From Amphiscolops sp. MND2022 (lineage: Eukaryota), in the NCBI GenBank assembly GCA_964187785.1, contig OZ076413.1, positions 43,836,001 to 43,900,000 of the forward strand: 64,000 nucleotides of DNA. Reading direction: 5' to 3'. Of the stretch, positions 1-12,049 are shown piece by piece. The translations under genes were made by a program, and so were the position numbers. Position 1 is the stretch's first letter; every line of letters starts with the position of its first letter. The notes below the pieces were generated by a model. That model ran no database searches. It saw only the letters and a list, made by a program, of their open reading frames with translations, and was not told the origin of the DNA.

Positions 1-2247
1 TAACCGAATTTTTCTTTTTCGGCGACTCTGGGCCTTCATTGGCTTGTTTTTCTTCAGCCTTGGTCTTTGCCATGATCATGTGGTTGGTGATCTCGCCATC
101 CGCATCGCGGCCCACATATATCGGGATCTTCGGTTTGTTTGGTGCTGAAATAGATATTTCTAACCAATGCAATAAATATGTTTTCCAGTCTTTAATTATA
201 TTGGTTAATTCGGTTCTCGGTTTTCTACCGTGATGTAATTCAAAGGGTGTTCTTTTCAATCCGGTATGTATTGTAAAACGCATTAACCGGAGTGCTCGGT
301 TTACACTTTCGGTTAAATCCGTCCCTTCTTCTATGTTTGCTAGCATTAAGTTTTTTAGAGTTTGTATCGCCCTTTCGACTACTCCGTTTCCCGTATGTAG
401 TCGGGGTGTGCAATATTTGATTTCTATGTTTCGATTTTTACAAAATTCTTTGTACTCTTTTGATATAAAGGCTCCTCCTTTATCTGATTTGATCTTTTCC
501 GGTATTCCGTACAGGTTGAAGTTATTCGATAGGAAATTCAAGACTTCCTTCGTTTCGGCGGTTTTGCATATTTTTACTGTAGGCCATTTGCTAAAACGGT
601 CTACCGCTATTAAAATTTGGACGTCTCTGTTTATTCGTTTATTATGTAGTTTTCCGGTGAAGTCAATTTGTATTTCTTGGCCCGTTTCGGTTAATTTTTT
701 CAATTTCCCGTAATGACTATTTGGTAATTGATATTTTGAATTTTTACCTGATGCAAGGCAGGCGATGAAGTCTTTCACTTTGTTTTCAATATCCCGGTCG
801 ATGTCCGGCCACCAAAAGATTTTTGCTTCCGCCGTCATCTTCGTCATACCGGCATGACCGAAATGCAAGATATCTAGTAGTCGTCTTCGGAGGTCTACCG
901 GAACAACAATTTGATCGTCCATGAACACTAGTCCCCACCGGATAGAGAGTTTATCAAATGCCGGTCTGTATCCGTCCGGGGTTGTGTCTCTGTCTTCCCG
1001 TCTCATGCTTCCTCTGACTCGTGTAAGTTTGGGGTCGATCGCGGTCTTTGAAATTAGGGTTTTTAAATCCAGCATGAATTCAAATTCGGCTTTCTTTATT
1101 GTGTCTTCGGTTATCTTTTTGTTTCCTGATAACTTTCCCACAATATGGTTTATCTGGATGTAGTGAGCTTCCTTGCCGTCTGTATTAAACTTGCTGAGAT
1201 CAACTATTGGTAAATTGTCTCCTCTCATGATGACACTGTCTTCTTCAGTTTCGGGTTGTTCGGGTTCGATTTCGCCTTCTTCCGGATTTTCGGTCTCCTC
1301 AACTTCTTCGGTTATTGGTTGGTAGCCTCCCCCCAACTTGTTCGACCTCTGCAGCAGCTCCGCATCTATCTCCGCAATCTCCTCTCGGCTACGTTTGTTT
1401 GGGCGGGTAGGTGCGAAAATCGTCCGCTGTGTGTGTGGGTCGTATCTTCTTCTCAGTGTCCCCGGCTTTGATAGGGCGTTCCTCAGTTCGACCAGTCTGC
1501 GAGTTTCCGGGCTTTTATTTCTTTTCCGTATAATTTCCATGATTTCCCGTGTCGCGCCCCAGTGGTAAAAGTTTTCTCTGTCCATGTCGGTAATTTCCGG
1601 ATTTGGATTGGATAATTTCTTCGTTTGAATGTTGTTCGACTGTTGTTTTAATTTGCAACTTGATTTTGACGCGCTAATTTCGGACTGCCCGGATGTAACT
1701 TTCACACTTCGGTTTCTTTTGTTCACGCCGCTTTTGTTCTGGAATGTTCTATTCGATTGTGATTGGTGCGTGCAATTCTCATTTCGTTCTTCGGATGTCT
1801 CGTTCGTTGTCTCGGTTGTTGTTTTCTCGCATTTTGATTGGTCGGCGAATATTGGTCCGTATTTTATGTTAAGTTTTGCTTGTTCTGATAGTATGTTAAT
1901 TACGTATACCTCATCGTAATTATCTTCCGGTGTAGCTCCCCCTGCCGGATTTCTGCTCAGATAATCTGTGAATTTCAAATTACTTCCTGCGATATGCTGT
2001 ATTGCAATGTCAAAATGTGCAAGCCGGTCTACCCACCGAGTTAATCTTGCACTATATTGTTTGTTGCATCGGTTTCGTTTTATTAGAGGTTCCAGTGCTT
2101 GGTGATCCGTGTATAAGTATATTTTCTTTCCGTAAAGTTAGAATAGGAATTTTTCTAGTCCCCAAACTATTGCGAGTAGTTCTAATTCGCCGATTGAATA
2201 ATTTTTTTCGGTATCGTTCAGATATCTACTGCCGTACGCGATCGGTT
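1..2247 (-). pseudogene. Remainder of element 1 pol: RNase H, ~300-aa linker domain, integrase
   Basis: Manual translation gives KPIAYGSRYL, then LEKFLF*LYGK (nonsense at ~2139), TDHQAL, RLTRWVDRL, HFGHAGMTKM and the integrase core. The frame appears open to the window edge. Confidence 0.85.
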
Positions 2248-4632
2248 TTATGTTTTTGGCCGTACGCCATCATCTTGTTTTTGCCATAGTGTAATTCCGA
2301 GTCCGGTTTTGCTGGCGTCGGTTGTTACCATATTGTCTTTGTTTTTTGCGTAGTGTGCTAGACATGGGCCTTCGGTTAGCATTTGTTTTATCCGGTTGAA
2401 ATCCGTCTCTTGTTCCGGCCCCCATTTCCATGGTTCGTTCTTTTTCAATAGTTTTCTCAATCGGTCTGTTCGTTCCGAGAGTTTCGGTAAGAATTTTGCC
2501 GTATATTGGATTGCACCGAGAAATGATTTTAAGTCTTTTGTATTTTCCCGTGCTTTCAATTTTAATATGGCTTCCACTTTTTCTTCATTTGGTTTAATTC
2601 CATTTTCGTTTATCTCGTGTCCGAGCCATTTTGTTTCTTTCATGAAGAATTCGGATTTCTTTTTACTTGCTCTGTATCCTGCTTTCTCTAGTTTATCTAG
2701 AACATCGAAGAGTTTTTTCTCGTGATCTTGTTTACTCTCCTGTGTTACTACGATTATGTCATCCAACCATGCCGGTGTGCAATATTCAAGTGTTCGGTCT
2801 ATTTTTTCCTGGAATATGGTGGGTATATCGGCGAGTCCGCATAACCCTTTTTTGAATCTGTAATATCCGCTTAAATTCCCTCCGGTTAGTGCGAAAACGC
2901 ACTGTCGGCTTGTTTCTTCTGACAATTTCATTTGTCCGTATGCATAATCCAAATCGATCTTTGATCGGAATAGTTGTGTTGTTCGATCGCGTGTAATTTC
3001 TACCGAAATTTGGTTTAGTAAGTCTTCCATATTCGGCATATGTGGTCTCATTTTGATGCAACTATCGTTAAGTTTCCGAGAGTCGATTGCGATTTTTACT
3101 GATTTATCGCTTTTTATTGTGATTACTACCGGTGACACGAAACAGTCTTCGTCCACATCGTTAATTTTTTCTAGGTGTCCGGTGCGAATTAGTTTTTCTA
3201 ATTCTTTTCCGACATCTTCCTGTAGATGTAGCGGCACTGGTCTTGCTTTTTGTTTAACTGGGTAGTGTCCCGGTTTGACTTGGATTTTTATTTCGGTATC
3301 TTTTTTTGTTTCGTTGTTTTCAAACAAGTCTCGGAATTTTCCGAATATTCTCTCTTTCTGTGATTGGCTGTTCTCGGCTAATTGTGATTTCCCGATTGTG
3401 AGTTTAAATGCTTTCATCCAATCTATACCCAGTAAGGGTGTAATGTCTGTTCTTTCGGTTATCAGGATTTCCATCTTTTGTTTGTTATTTTCGTACTCGA
3501 TATTCAGCGGGATCTTTCCCCGAAATTTTACTTCGTTTTTATTTACGTCTTGGTATCGGTTTGTCACTTTTTGGATTTCGGTTAGTTTCATTATTCGTTG
3601 GTCCGGTGGCATTATTGATATTGGGGATCCGGTGTCAATGATGAATTCCTTTGTTATTCCGTTGATTTTCACTGTCGCGGTATAGTGTTTGTTTGCTTCT
3701 TCGATTTTCTTGATTTCTTTTATGTGTTGTATATCTTCTTCTGATTCACATGATGATTCGTTCAATTCATTCGTTTCGTCTTCGGTTAGTCTTTTCACTG
3801 TTCGGCTGTTGTTGAATTTCTGTCTGCATGCTTTCGCGTAGTGTCCTTTCTTACCGCATTTGTTACAGTTCACTTCGGTTGCGGGACATTTATGCATTGG
3901 TGTCCAGTTCGGAGTACTACAGTATCTGCACGGTCGGTTGCCGAAATTTTTGTTCTTCGGTTTCGTTCCGTATCTTTCCATTCTCTGTATTGGTTCTACT
4001 TTTATTATGTGTTTTTCTTTCGTCGATATCAGAGCTTCAGGAATTGTGTTCTTTTTGTTTTTCTTTTCGTATGTGTTTTGTTTTATCAGTTCGATTACCT
4101 TCTTCATTTCCAGTGTTTTTTCTTTCATTATTTTGTCCCGTAGTTTTTTATCGGTGATTGCCGTCATGTACTTCGATATAAGCAGTTCTTCGGCTGAGAT
4201 GGTGTTGAAGTTACATTCTTTTTCAATCTCAATTAACCGTCTCCAGAATTCTTCCGGTGTCTCCTCTTCGGTCTGTTTTGCCCAGAAGAAATCTCCTCGG
4301 TTATGGTAAGTGTTCCGTTTCGGCATGTAGAACTCGGTGAATAACCGAATCAAGTCCAATATTTTGATGCTGTCGGGTTCCGTTTTGTATTCGGCCCTCG
4401 TTATTTGATAGAGTGCTTCCGGTCCCACACCCCATATGAAATCTTCTTGTACGGTTTGTTCTTTTCCGGACCATTCGGTTATTTGTTCTCCTTTCATTAG
4501 TGGAGTAATGTCTATTTTGTGTTCCCGTTTGCAAAATTGCCGGAATCTTTCTAACCATTGTCTCGGTGTGAAGACTGGGTTCCCGTCCGTAGCTTTTGCT
4601 TCTAGGTTTGGTACTATGTTTCGTTCAGCCAT
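2248..4632 (-). CDS. Gag-Pol polyprotein of element 1 (CCHC knuckle, aspartic protease, RT, start of RNase H), ended by a frameshift
   Basis: CNKCGKKGHYAKAC, IIDTGS, WLDD and TDASKTGLG motifs in the 794-aa ORF. Confidence 0.93.
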   Translation of the reverse strand: MAERNIVPNLEAKATDGNPVFTPRQWLERFRQFCKREHKIDITPLMKGEQITEWSGKEQTVQEDFIWGVGPEALYQITRAEYKTEPDSIKILDLIRLFTEFYMPKRNTYHNRGDFFWAKQTEEETPEEFWRRLIEIEKECNFNTISAEELLISKYMTAITDKKLRDKIMKEKTLEMKKVIELIKQNTYEKKNKKNTIPEALISTKEKHIIKVEPIQRMERYGTKPKNKNFGNRPCRYCSTPNWTPMHKCPATEVNCNKCGKKGHYAKACRQKFNNSRTVKRLTEDETNELNESSCESEEDIQHIKEIKKIEEANKHYTATVKINGITKEFIIDTGSPISIMPPDQRIMKLTEIQKVTNRYQDVNKNEVKFRGKIPLNIEYENNKQKMEILITERTDITPLLGIDWMKAFKLTIGKSQLAENSQSQKERIFGKFRDLFENNETKKDTEIKIQVKPGHYPVKQKARPVPLHLQEDVGKELEKLIRTGHLEKINDVDEDCFVSPVVITIKSDKSVKIAIDSRKLNDSCIKMRPHMPNMEDLLNQISVEITRDRTTQLFRSKIDLDYAYGQMKLSEETSRQCVFALTGGNLSGYYRFKKGLCGLADIPTIFQEKIDRTLEYCTPAWLDDIIVVTQESKQDHEKKLFDVLDKLEKAGYRASKKKSEFFMKETKWLGHEINENGIKPNEEKVEAILKLKARENTKDLKSFLGAIQYTAKFLPKLSERTDRLRKLLKKNEPWKWGPEQETDFNRIKQMLTEGPCLAHYAKNKDNMVTTDASKTGLGITLWQKQDDGVRPKT

Positions 4633-4667
4633 GTTAATACAAGTCCGTTGTAATTTTGTTTAAAATT

Positions 4668-4681
4668 GGCTGACTGCGCCA
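4668..4681 (-). promoter_or_regulatory. Primer-binding site of element 1 (probably tRNA-Ser)
   Basis: TGGCGCAGTCAGCC directly after the LTR CA. It resembles the complement of animal tRNA-Ser 3' ends. Confidence 0.7.
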
Positions 4682-4894
4682 TGTTGTATTTCTAAGCTAG
4701 GTTAAGATATGGAAAGATGTTTAAAAGGTAGACTGTATTTTGTATATCTAGTTCGTACCAAAATTGTTCGATTAATGTATACAAAATATAATTCTATTGT
4801 TTCAAGTTTGTTTGTAAACAAATTGTTAGATAGTCTAGAGTTCTAGGGGTTAGTAGAGGTCATTCGGAATCAACACCGTATAACAGCTATTACA
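4682..4894 (-). repeat. 5' LTR of element 1 (~213 bp)
   Basis: TG...CA ends with the PBS immediately adjacent. The outer boundary is inferred from the switch to HINE-like sequence at 4895. The second LTR is outside the window. Confidence 0.65.
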
Positions 4895-5015
4895 TCATTA
4901 TTTTGCAACAAACGGGATTTTCAAAAGGCCGAAATGTTCCCTCTTACAATTTTAAGAACTTTGCACTTTTTGAGCCTTAGACATAGCGCCGACATTAGAC
5001 GTTCCCGTCTTGTTT
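4895..5015 (+). mobile_element. 3' fragment of a HINE-like element, interrupted by element 1
   Basis: GAGCCTTAGA..AGCGCCGAC..AGACGTTCCCGTCTTGTT terminus shared with the other copies. Confidence 0.7.
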
Positions 5016-6779
5016 AATTTGCGAATATGTCGAATATTAAGTTCGGTATGATTTATGTCAAAAACGTCAGCGGTAAGTAATACTGCTTAAAATCATTTTC
5101 TGTTGAAACTCCGAACACACCGAATGAGGTAATCTGCATAACTTAGCATTATCTTACTGCGGATCATGCAAGTGCCATTTCCAATATATAAAACGGTGCT
5201 TCGCTTCATGGTATATGTAGTGTTTAGACCCTTGATTTCAACTCAGTAGAATTTAATGTAGGAGATTTTAACTTAGATTTTAATGTAAGGGATTTTGACT
5301 TGTAAGGGAAGATTTTAATGTAAGGGATGATACCTACTTCGAAGACCACGAGAACAACTAAAGGATGGGGTGATAATCTCAGTTACCATTTTGTCGTTTT
5401 TGGCTTGGATTAAACTTTTAAAAGCTGCTTGAGGCACCAGAACTCTTATCCGAAAAAAAATACTTGGAAAGTTATAAACTGAATTCAATCGGATAGACAC
5501 TAAGAAAAAACTGATTCAATTTTTCTGCGTATCATTTTTTTCTAAAACTCTAACTGAACATTCAAAGGTTGAAGTTCCCTGGTGACATGGATAATGTTAA
5601 TCAACCCAAATTCTCATCAATATTTCCGCTGATGCCGATATCCAGCAAATTAATTCCGGTCATTTCATAAACTGCAAAATTGAGGTCTTTTCATAGTACC
5701 ATTCAGCAGTTAAACTGATCATGTCCGATAATGAATGAAAAACACTTTTTACTCCCCTTATAGACTCCTTTTATTTCAAGCTGTGCACTACAACCTCGCT
5801 TTGCAAATGAAACAACTCAACTCCCATGTGTTTTCTTGAAACTTAATCAATACTTTTTATAGTATATAGATTCATAGAAAAATTAATGGCTCCGGGAAAT
5901 GCGCAAACTCATTTGGCGTCCCAAACTTAATTACCAAACGGTTCCATTCTGTTATCACAGGACTGTAGATAGCAACTTCAAATATAATAATTTCAGGTCA
6001 TGACACTCGGTCATATTGAAAAGTTGCGATAAAGATATCTCATGACAATATTTCGACACCCAATTATGGTATCATGTTATTTCCAAACAGATTTTTTTCC
6101 AATGGCTCAAATGTCTTCCAACTCTTCCGTTCCGGGAAGGAAATTGCCGTCTGGTTAGCTGATTGAAGTGGCAAAGATATGACGAAATAAAAGGTCATTC
6201 AAGCATCTTACAAAACTCTTAGAAGAATTGTCGACGACCTGCTGACAGATTGAACTGTTTCTATTAGTCATTCTCTGTCTACGTGAAATGATCTCCTCAA
6301 AGCGATTACACTTCAAACAGTTTGAACCCAAATCACATCAAACAGGTGAAAAATTGGCGGAGACTTTCAGTTCTATAATTTTCTTCACCGTTTGAAGGAT
6401 TTTGGGATTTTTTCACATTTCAGCTCAATATGGCCGGTCGTGAAGTTTTGCATGTTATGCATGTTACGTAATTGGGTGTGAGACAAAATAGCGTTGGATC
6501 AAAGCCTTTTTCTAATAACTCGACTGACGTACACTTTGTCTTTTAATTTGACTTTCAAAGAACATTCGATCTCAGATGTCTTTCCATGCAAATGGGTCGA
6601 ACAGAGGAAAGGTGTGAACAAAATTTCATTACTTGTTCTGCAAAGATTTCCCTGGTTGTTTGAACTTTTCCTGTTTCGCCAATATTTTTGTCGCAATGAG
6701 CAGGAAGCTTTCTGCAAAACTTACCATTAATGATGCATGCATAATATACATGTGAATGGAGGTAACATGTTTTCAGAGA

Positions 6780-7178
6780 AACAAGCCGGGAACGGCCCAA
6801 GTCGGCGCCATATCTAAGGCTCAAAAATAGCAGAAGGACTTCAAAATGTCAAAGTATCGGTGAATTGGGGACCCTTTTAAGAAAAAACAACAAAAGCTCT
6901 CAAAAAACTAAAAATTGAGAAAAAAATTTTTTTTGAATTTTTTTTCGAAGTTTCCGGTAAGTCGCATAGTGCCGAAAAATGTAAAAGGGGGACGCTTTTT
7001 ACCTCATGTTTGACGCTTTGGATGCGTTGAAAATGAAGTACTAAGTACATATGGTAAAAGTTGGTAAATGTGCATTAATTGGATTAATGCACAAAAAGTG
7101 GACGTACGCGTTGAACTGACGAAAAAAAAACTAGCCACTGTAAGAGTCGGGATTTTCTTCGAAAACGCCGACTAAAAA
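6780..7178 (-). mobile_element. HINE/DINE-1-like non-autonomous Helentron element
   Basis: Plus strand AACAAGCCGGGAACGGC..AGTCGGCGCC at one end and CGCCGACTAAAAA at the other: subterminal inverted repeat plus terminal hairpin, no TSD. Confidence 0.75.
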
Positions 7179-7823
7179 CAAAACAGCGAAACTTGAAATA
7201 TCGCAAGTATCAGTATCAGTACTTGGATTTTCCCACGGTATGGACCCCAATTTTTGTGGAAAATTCTGTTCACTGTTTTTAACGAAGAGACAAAAATGAG
7301 CAAAAAGAAGACCCAACAATATCACATACAGGTACACCCAAATGAGTTGAAATTTAGGGCATATCTCGTATACATATAGATTGTTCAACATCCAATTTAA
7401 TTAAAGAGGGGAGAGATCCCAGGTTGTCCCAATCTAGTCGGGAATAGCCCCTCCCTTCTGCAGGGTGACCCCCGGATACAATTAAACAGGTCTCCTCTCT
7501 TTTGACGTGACTGCAAAGCGTGCACAAATATGTGATCAACTCCTTGAAGAGTAATTTCCACTCTTTCAACCCAATCCACAGGAAGTCTTTCTCTTCCGTG
7601 TTCCCTGCCGAAATCAATCGCAAAACCGCCCTGGGTACAAAACAGTCCATTCCACGGGGACCGCCCACTGTTAGAAAATCCATCCCCCGTTAGAAAAACA
7701 ACATATTAAAAAAGTAATTAAAACTTACTGCCTTTTCACTCAGTCAAAATTTTTGGCAAAGACAAAAGGTGTGAAGTTTTTTTGTTAGATCTTGTGAAGG
7801 TAATGTAATTCGATTAAACTATT

Positions 7824-9232
7824 AAACACAGAGGCGAAGCCCTGCTTCGCAAACACTTGCGAAGAGAGTTGCGAACTTTCGAAGAAAACCAAATAAGCAA
7901 TATCATACGGAGAACCAAGGGTAAAAGGACATTATTGTTAAAATTCCGTCAATTTTACAGCGCCAAAAATATCCAAAGGGATATGCATAAATCTCGAAAA
8001 CTATTCTTCCCCAACTGGAAACGGCAAAAAACCGAATCTTTCTCAACGGCATCTTTCTCAACCGAAAACATTTAAAAAAAACATGAAATTAAGGAATCAA
8101 AATTCCGAAAGTTTTTGAAAAAATTTTTTCATGGAGGTCTCCGGTAAGTCGCATAGTGCCGAAAACCTTGAGCAGTCCTTTATGCTCGCAGAACGTTTCG
8201 TTTTTAGTAAAAATTGAGAAGGCTTCGATGAAAACAAATTAGTAAGAAAGGCGCATAGAAAAAAAACGGGTATAGCGTGCTGGGCCTCATAAAACCTAAT
8301 TTCAAAACAAAAACCTTTCATTTCGAAAAATCACACAATGCCGAAAACAGTAAAAGGGGGCCCACTGAGATTTTTCAACATCCATTCTGTTGCAAAATTT
8401 CAAAACAGAAGAGGGATTTGGAAAAAAATTTCGAAGAACCTTCGCACAAAGCCGAAAAAAGGGGTGTCACATAGTGCCGAAAAAGTGAATACCTTCTGCT
8501 TCGGAATATTCGTAAAAAACAATTAGTGCATACACAAGGTTTCGAACACGAACCCTCTGGGTTGAAAAGCAAGCATTTTACCACTAGACCACGAACGCCT
8601 GAACTATGCGACAAGCGGGCTGAAACGAGAGTTGTCGCGTGGAAAAAAAGCATCCGCACTTTCCCATAACACTTTTCCATAATCGGCGCTAAACCTAAGG
8701 CTGAAAAAGCGCAAAGTTTTTGAAAATGTAAAAGGGGGCATATGGTCTTCTTCAAAATCAAGTTTGTTGCAAAGTACTTTGGAGGAGACAATAAAAAAAT
8801 TTCGAAAAGTTTCCGGAAAAAAAATTTTTTAAATGAAAAATGATAATTTTGAAACAGTCTCATAGTGACGAAAAACTTAGAAGAGGAGACCCTTGGGGCT
8901 TTTTGAAACTTGAGTTGGCTGAAAAATATCAAAAACTCGAAGGGGGACGTTTTGAAGACAAAAAACGAAAAAAAAGTCACACAGAGGCGAAACAAACTCA
9001 AAGGCACAACACAAACACTACAGTCTCGTCCGATTTTGTTTCTTACGTTAAAAATGTAGTAAATAAAAGGGGGGACCCTTTGGACTAACTTAGATGGGTT
9101 TACGTTGCCGGTCTAGTAGTTTAGTAGTTCTGTAAAAAGTGTCCACTACGCATACATTCTGTTGTCTGACGAAAAAAACTAGTCAAAATAATAGTTTGGA
9201 TTTTTTCGTTTAAAAAAAGCGCCGAACAAAAA
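7824..9232 (-). mobile_element. Composite HINE-like element(s) containing a tRNA-derived segment
   Basis: Repeated GTCGCATAGTGCCGAAAA and GGGGGACCCTTT modules, GCGCCGAACAAAAA terminus at ~9220-9232. Left boundary approximate. Confidence 0.6.
8527..8598 (-). pseudogene. tRNA-derived pseudogene (tRNA-Gly-like)
   Basis: 72 nt, GCGTTCGTGGTCTAGTGGT...GTTCGAAAC...GTATGCA. A and B boxes present, acceptor stem 6/7 paired, anticodon and T arms poorly paired. Confidence 0.6.
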
Positions 9233-9539
9233 TATAGAAACAGCTGCTCTGATTTGGCCCTAGCATCTCCTCTTTAAAAAAGTTATACGTAACGTACTTC
9301 ATCGAAGAAATTTTCAGCACACATCAAGGGTCGTGAGAAAATACCCTTGTAACAGAGCACTTGCTGCCTTCACTGTTTATTATCAACAAATGAGAAAAGA
9401 GATTTAGCAGGTTGTTTACCAACAGAACAGTAGTCGCCAAGACTCAAGATAAAATCATTTGCCACAGGTTCTAAGAGTAAATTACAGTTCAATCAATACA
9501 CAAAAACATTGTTTTCGAGAAGGTTTTCATCAGCTATAA

Positions 9540-11640
9540 CATGGCGCTGCCTGGTTTGTCAACCAGAGAGGAAGTGTCGACATCGAGGGGCTCTTCAGCA
9601 GTAGCGGGGTCGCCAATACTCTGCAATTCGGAGGAGATAATTCCTAAAACAAACTGCGATGAATGGTGAGATCTTATCATGGTCGCTGCCAATGCGGAAT
9701 ACTATATCTCTGTAACAGAAATTTTACGATTTGTAACAGAACAACAACAAAGAAAAGCAGCTCTCATCAACCATTTGAATGAACAATTAGCTGAAAGAAA
9801 AGTGGTAAGTGTACTTTTTCTCTCTTATGACACAGCAGAAGAATTGAAGGCCAAACGCGATTTAGGGAATCAAACTGATCGTTTATTCATTGATACAATC
9901 ATGCAGAACAACAATTGTGTTCAAAACCAAAGGATAACCCCCAACAAGCGTTCAAATTTGCAGTGACGTATCAAGAAGGAGCGAATCAACACAAAAAGTT
10001 CGAAGGAGCGAGCTGATCAAGCGAAATAAAACAAGAACTAGTACTAAACATCAACAGAAACTCTTGCACGAGATGTGGATTGGAACTCACTCAAACCACT
10101 TGGCAGCGTGGCAGGCAAAAAAATTAAAAAACGTCTGAGGGCGCTATGTAAGGACATTTTGCTGAAACCAAAAAACTGGCAATATGAGAGGAAGAGACAG
10201 AATGACGAAAAGAGGCGCAATGCAACGAATGAAATATATCGCCAATACCCATATACACTGGCAGATCCAAGAAGAATACTGAAGGTGGACATAATAGTTG
10301 CAAGACCGATACCAAAACACTAAAAAACGTGGACTACAACAGCAAAACGCTAATTTTACTGGTATTTACCACAGTGGAAATGCAATTGGTAACGAAAAAA
10401 AACAAAGAATGCGCGAATAGTAATCATGATAGACAGAAAGAGGTCCTAAATAGGATGTGACTGTTTGAATCGATAGAATTTAGAGTCAGAAAGATGGTAA
10501 AAGAAAGTGACTACACAGAGACTGTAAATAACAATAACGAACAGACAAAGACGTAGAACAGTTGAGGCCAACAAGAAGAGGAAGAACGAAAAGAAAGAAA
10601 ATAAATACTGACTCCTTGAAATTTGTTAAAGTTACACTGCTGAAGGGACGCTGAGTAACACTAAAAGTGCAAACGGCAGTGAAAGCGGAATGTGAGAAAC
10701 GTCCAAAGCCTGGTCGTATCACAAAGGCGATAAAACAGATGATGAAGACTTCAACCAAGAGTGGTGATAAATTTCAAAAACAACAAAACAGTCAAAGTTG
10801 TACTCGATGCCACATCCCCGAACAATGCCATCCAGTAGAACAAATATGAGACGCCGAACCTGGATGACTTGATGGAGCAAGTAGCGGAAATAGTCCACAG
10901 TACTGAGGAAAGAAATGTCACTTTCACATCACTAGATATGCTGTATGCACACGATTAAACGGAACTGCACCCTGAAACAGTAATACATTGTACTTTTTAA
11001 ATAATAGGGGGAAAAGCAACGGGTACATATGCTTTCAATACGGGAAATTACGGACAGACAATGATGCCGTCAGAGTTCCCGAAGACCATGGAAGAAATCT
11101 TGCTAATGTCCAAACACTTTCGTTTTCATACATGAGATTTTGATAGTGACGAAACGCAACGAAGAGAAGCACTTGGAAAAGTTTAAGAAGTCAAAATCAT
11201 CGACGAATCAGGGATTTGAATCAAATAGGAAAAACGCAAAACATCTCAAACAAATCCCAGTTGCTAAGCTCCAAACTAACAGCGAGTGGTGTAAAACCAA
11301 CTGGCGAAAAGATTCAGGACATAACGGAAAAGCTGAAACCCAAACATTTTGAAAGACTGCAGTAATTTATCGGAGCATTCAACAAGATGAACCGGTTCTT
11401 TTCAAGAAAACTTGGCGCGATCCTTTCGTAACTCGACTAACTAGGTGGGTAGACAGGCTACTTCCATTCCAAGTCACATAAGCCAAGAACCAGGAAACAC
11501 AATAGCAATCGCAGACTACAACTCGAGACATCCACGACCAAATAATATTGACAGCAGAAGAAATTCAGAAAAACAATGGAAAATCTGGTGCACAATAAAC
11601 GAAATTAACGTGACTTGAAGAAGCCTGTTCTAGATGCTCT
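9540..11640 (+). pseudogene. Highly decayed Gypsy gag-pol remnant
   Basis: Fragments PNLDDLMEQVAEI, FTSLDMLYA, IIGGKATGTY and RLTRWVDRLLPF with many stops and deletions. Boundaries approximate. Confidence 0.75.
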
Positions 11641-12049
11641 AGTCGGCAACTTCAAGCGAAACTTAAGAATTGTCAAGTTGTCATGTGAAAACGAGCTAAA
11701 CTATACGGGTCTGAAACCTAGCGCTTGTATGTATGTATAAAGAGTTCCATAAAAGAATTTGAAAAACTTGTTTATCACAGCCTATACTTGCATGACTTAA
11801 TTCGGAAAAAGGCATTAAAATGCATAAACTGCATTTATGTCGTTAAACCGTTAATTTGAGAGAAGGATTTTGAAAATTCAGTTTCGGCACCAACAAAAAA
11901 CTGATTACGAATTAACTCAATTCCTTTTCTATATTTTTCAAAACAGAATTTGGTGTAGCATATTTTCATTCGAAACACAATTTTTCTCAAGTATTCTAAT
12001 ATAGTTTGCGTATTACTCATACGCATTCGTTTTTTGGTGAAAACTTGGT

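Larger units (their letters stand above)
1..4894 (-). mobile_element. Ty3/Gypsy LTR retrotransposon (element 1), 3' part runs off the window
   Basis: gag-PR-RT-RH ORF followed by an integrase (HFGH zinc finger, DFTG/SDKG/VER core) towards position 1. PBS TGGCGCAGTCAGCC at 4668-4681 abuts a TGT...ACA-bounded ~213-bp 5' LTR (4682-4894). Confidence 0.92.

Noticed and set aside
39..4663. Many plus-strand ORFs over element 1 (likewise over element 2)
   Set aside because: They are antisense shadows of gag/pol with no independent motifs.
8527..8598. Functional tRNA gene
   Set aside because: The anticodon and T stems do not pair properly. Kept only as a pseudogene.
8375..9007. 210-aa Phe/Lys-rich ORF and similar ORFs in HINE copies (e.g. 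34985-35314)
   Set aside because: They are chance frames through A/T-run-rich non-coding repeats.
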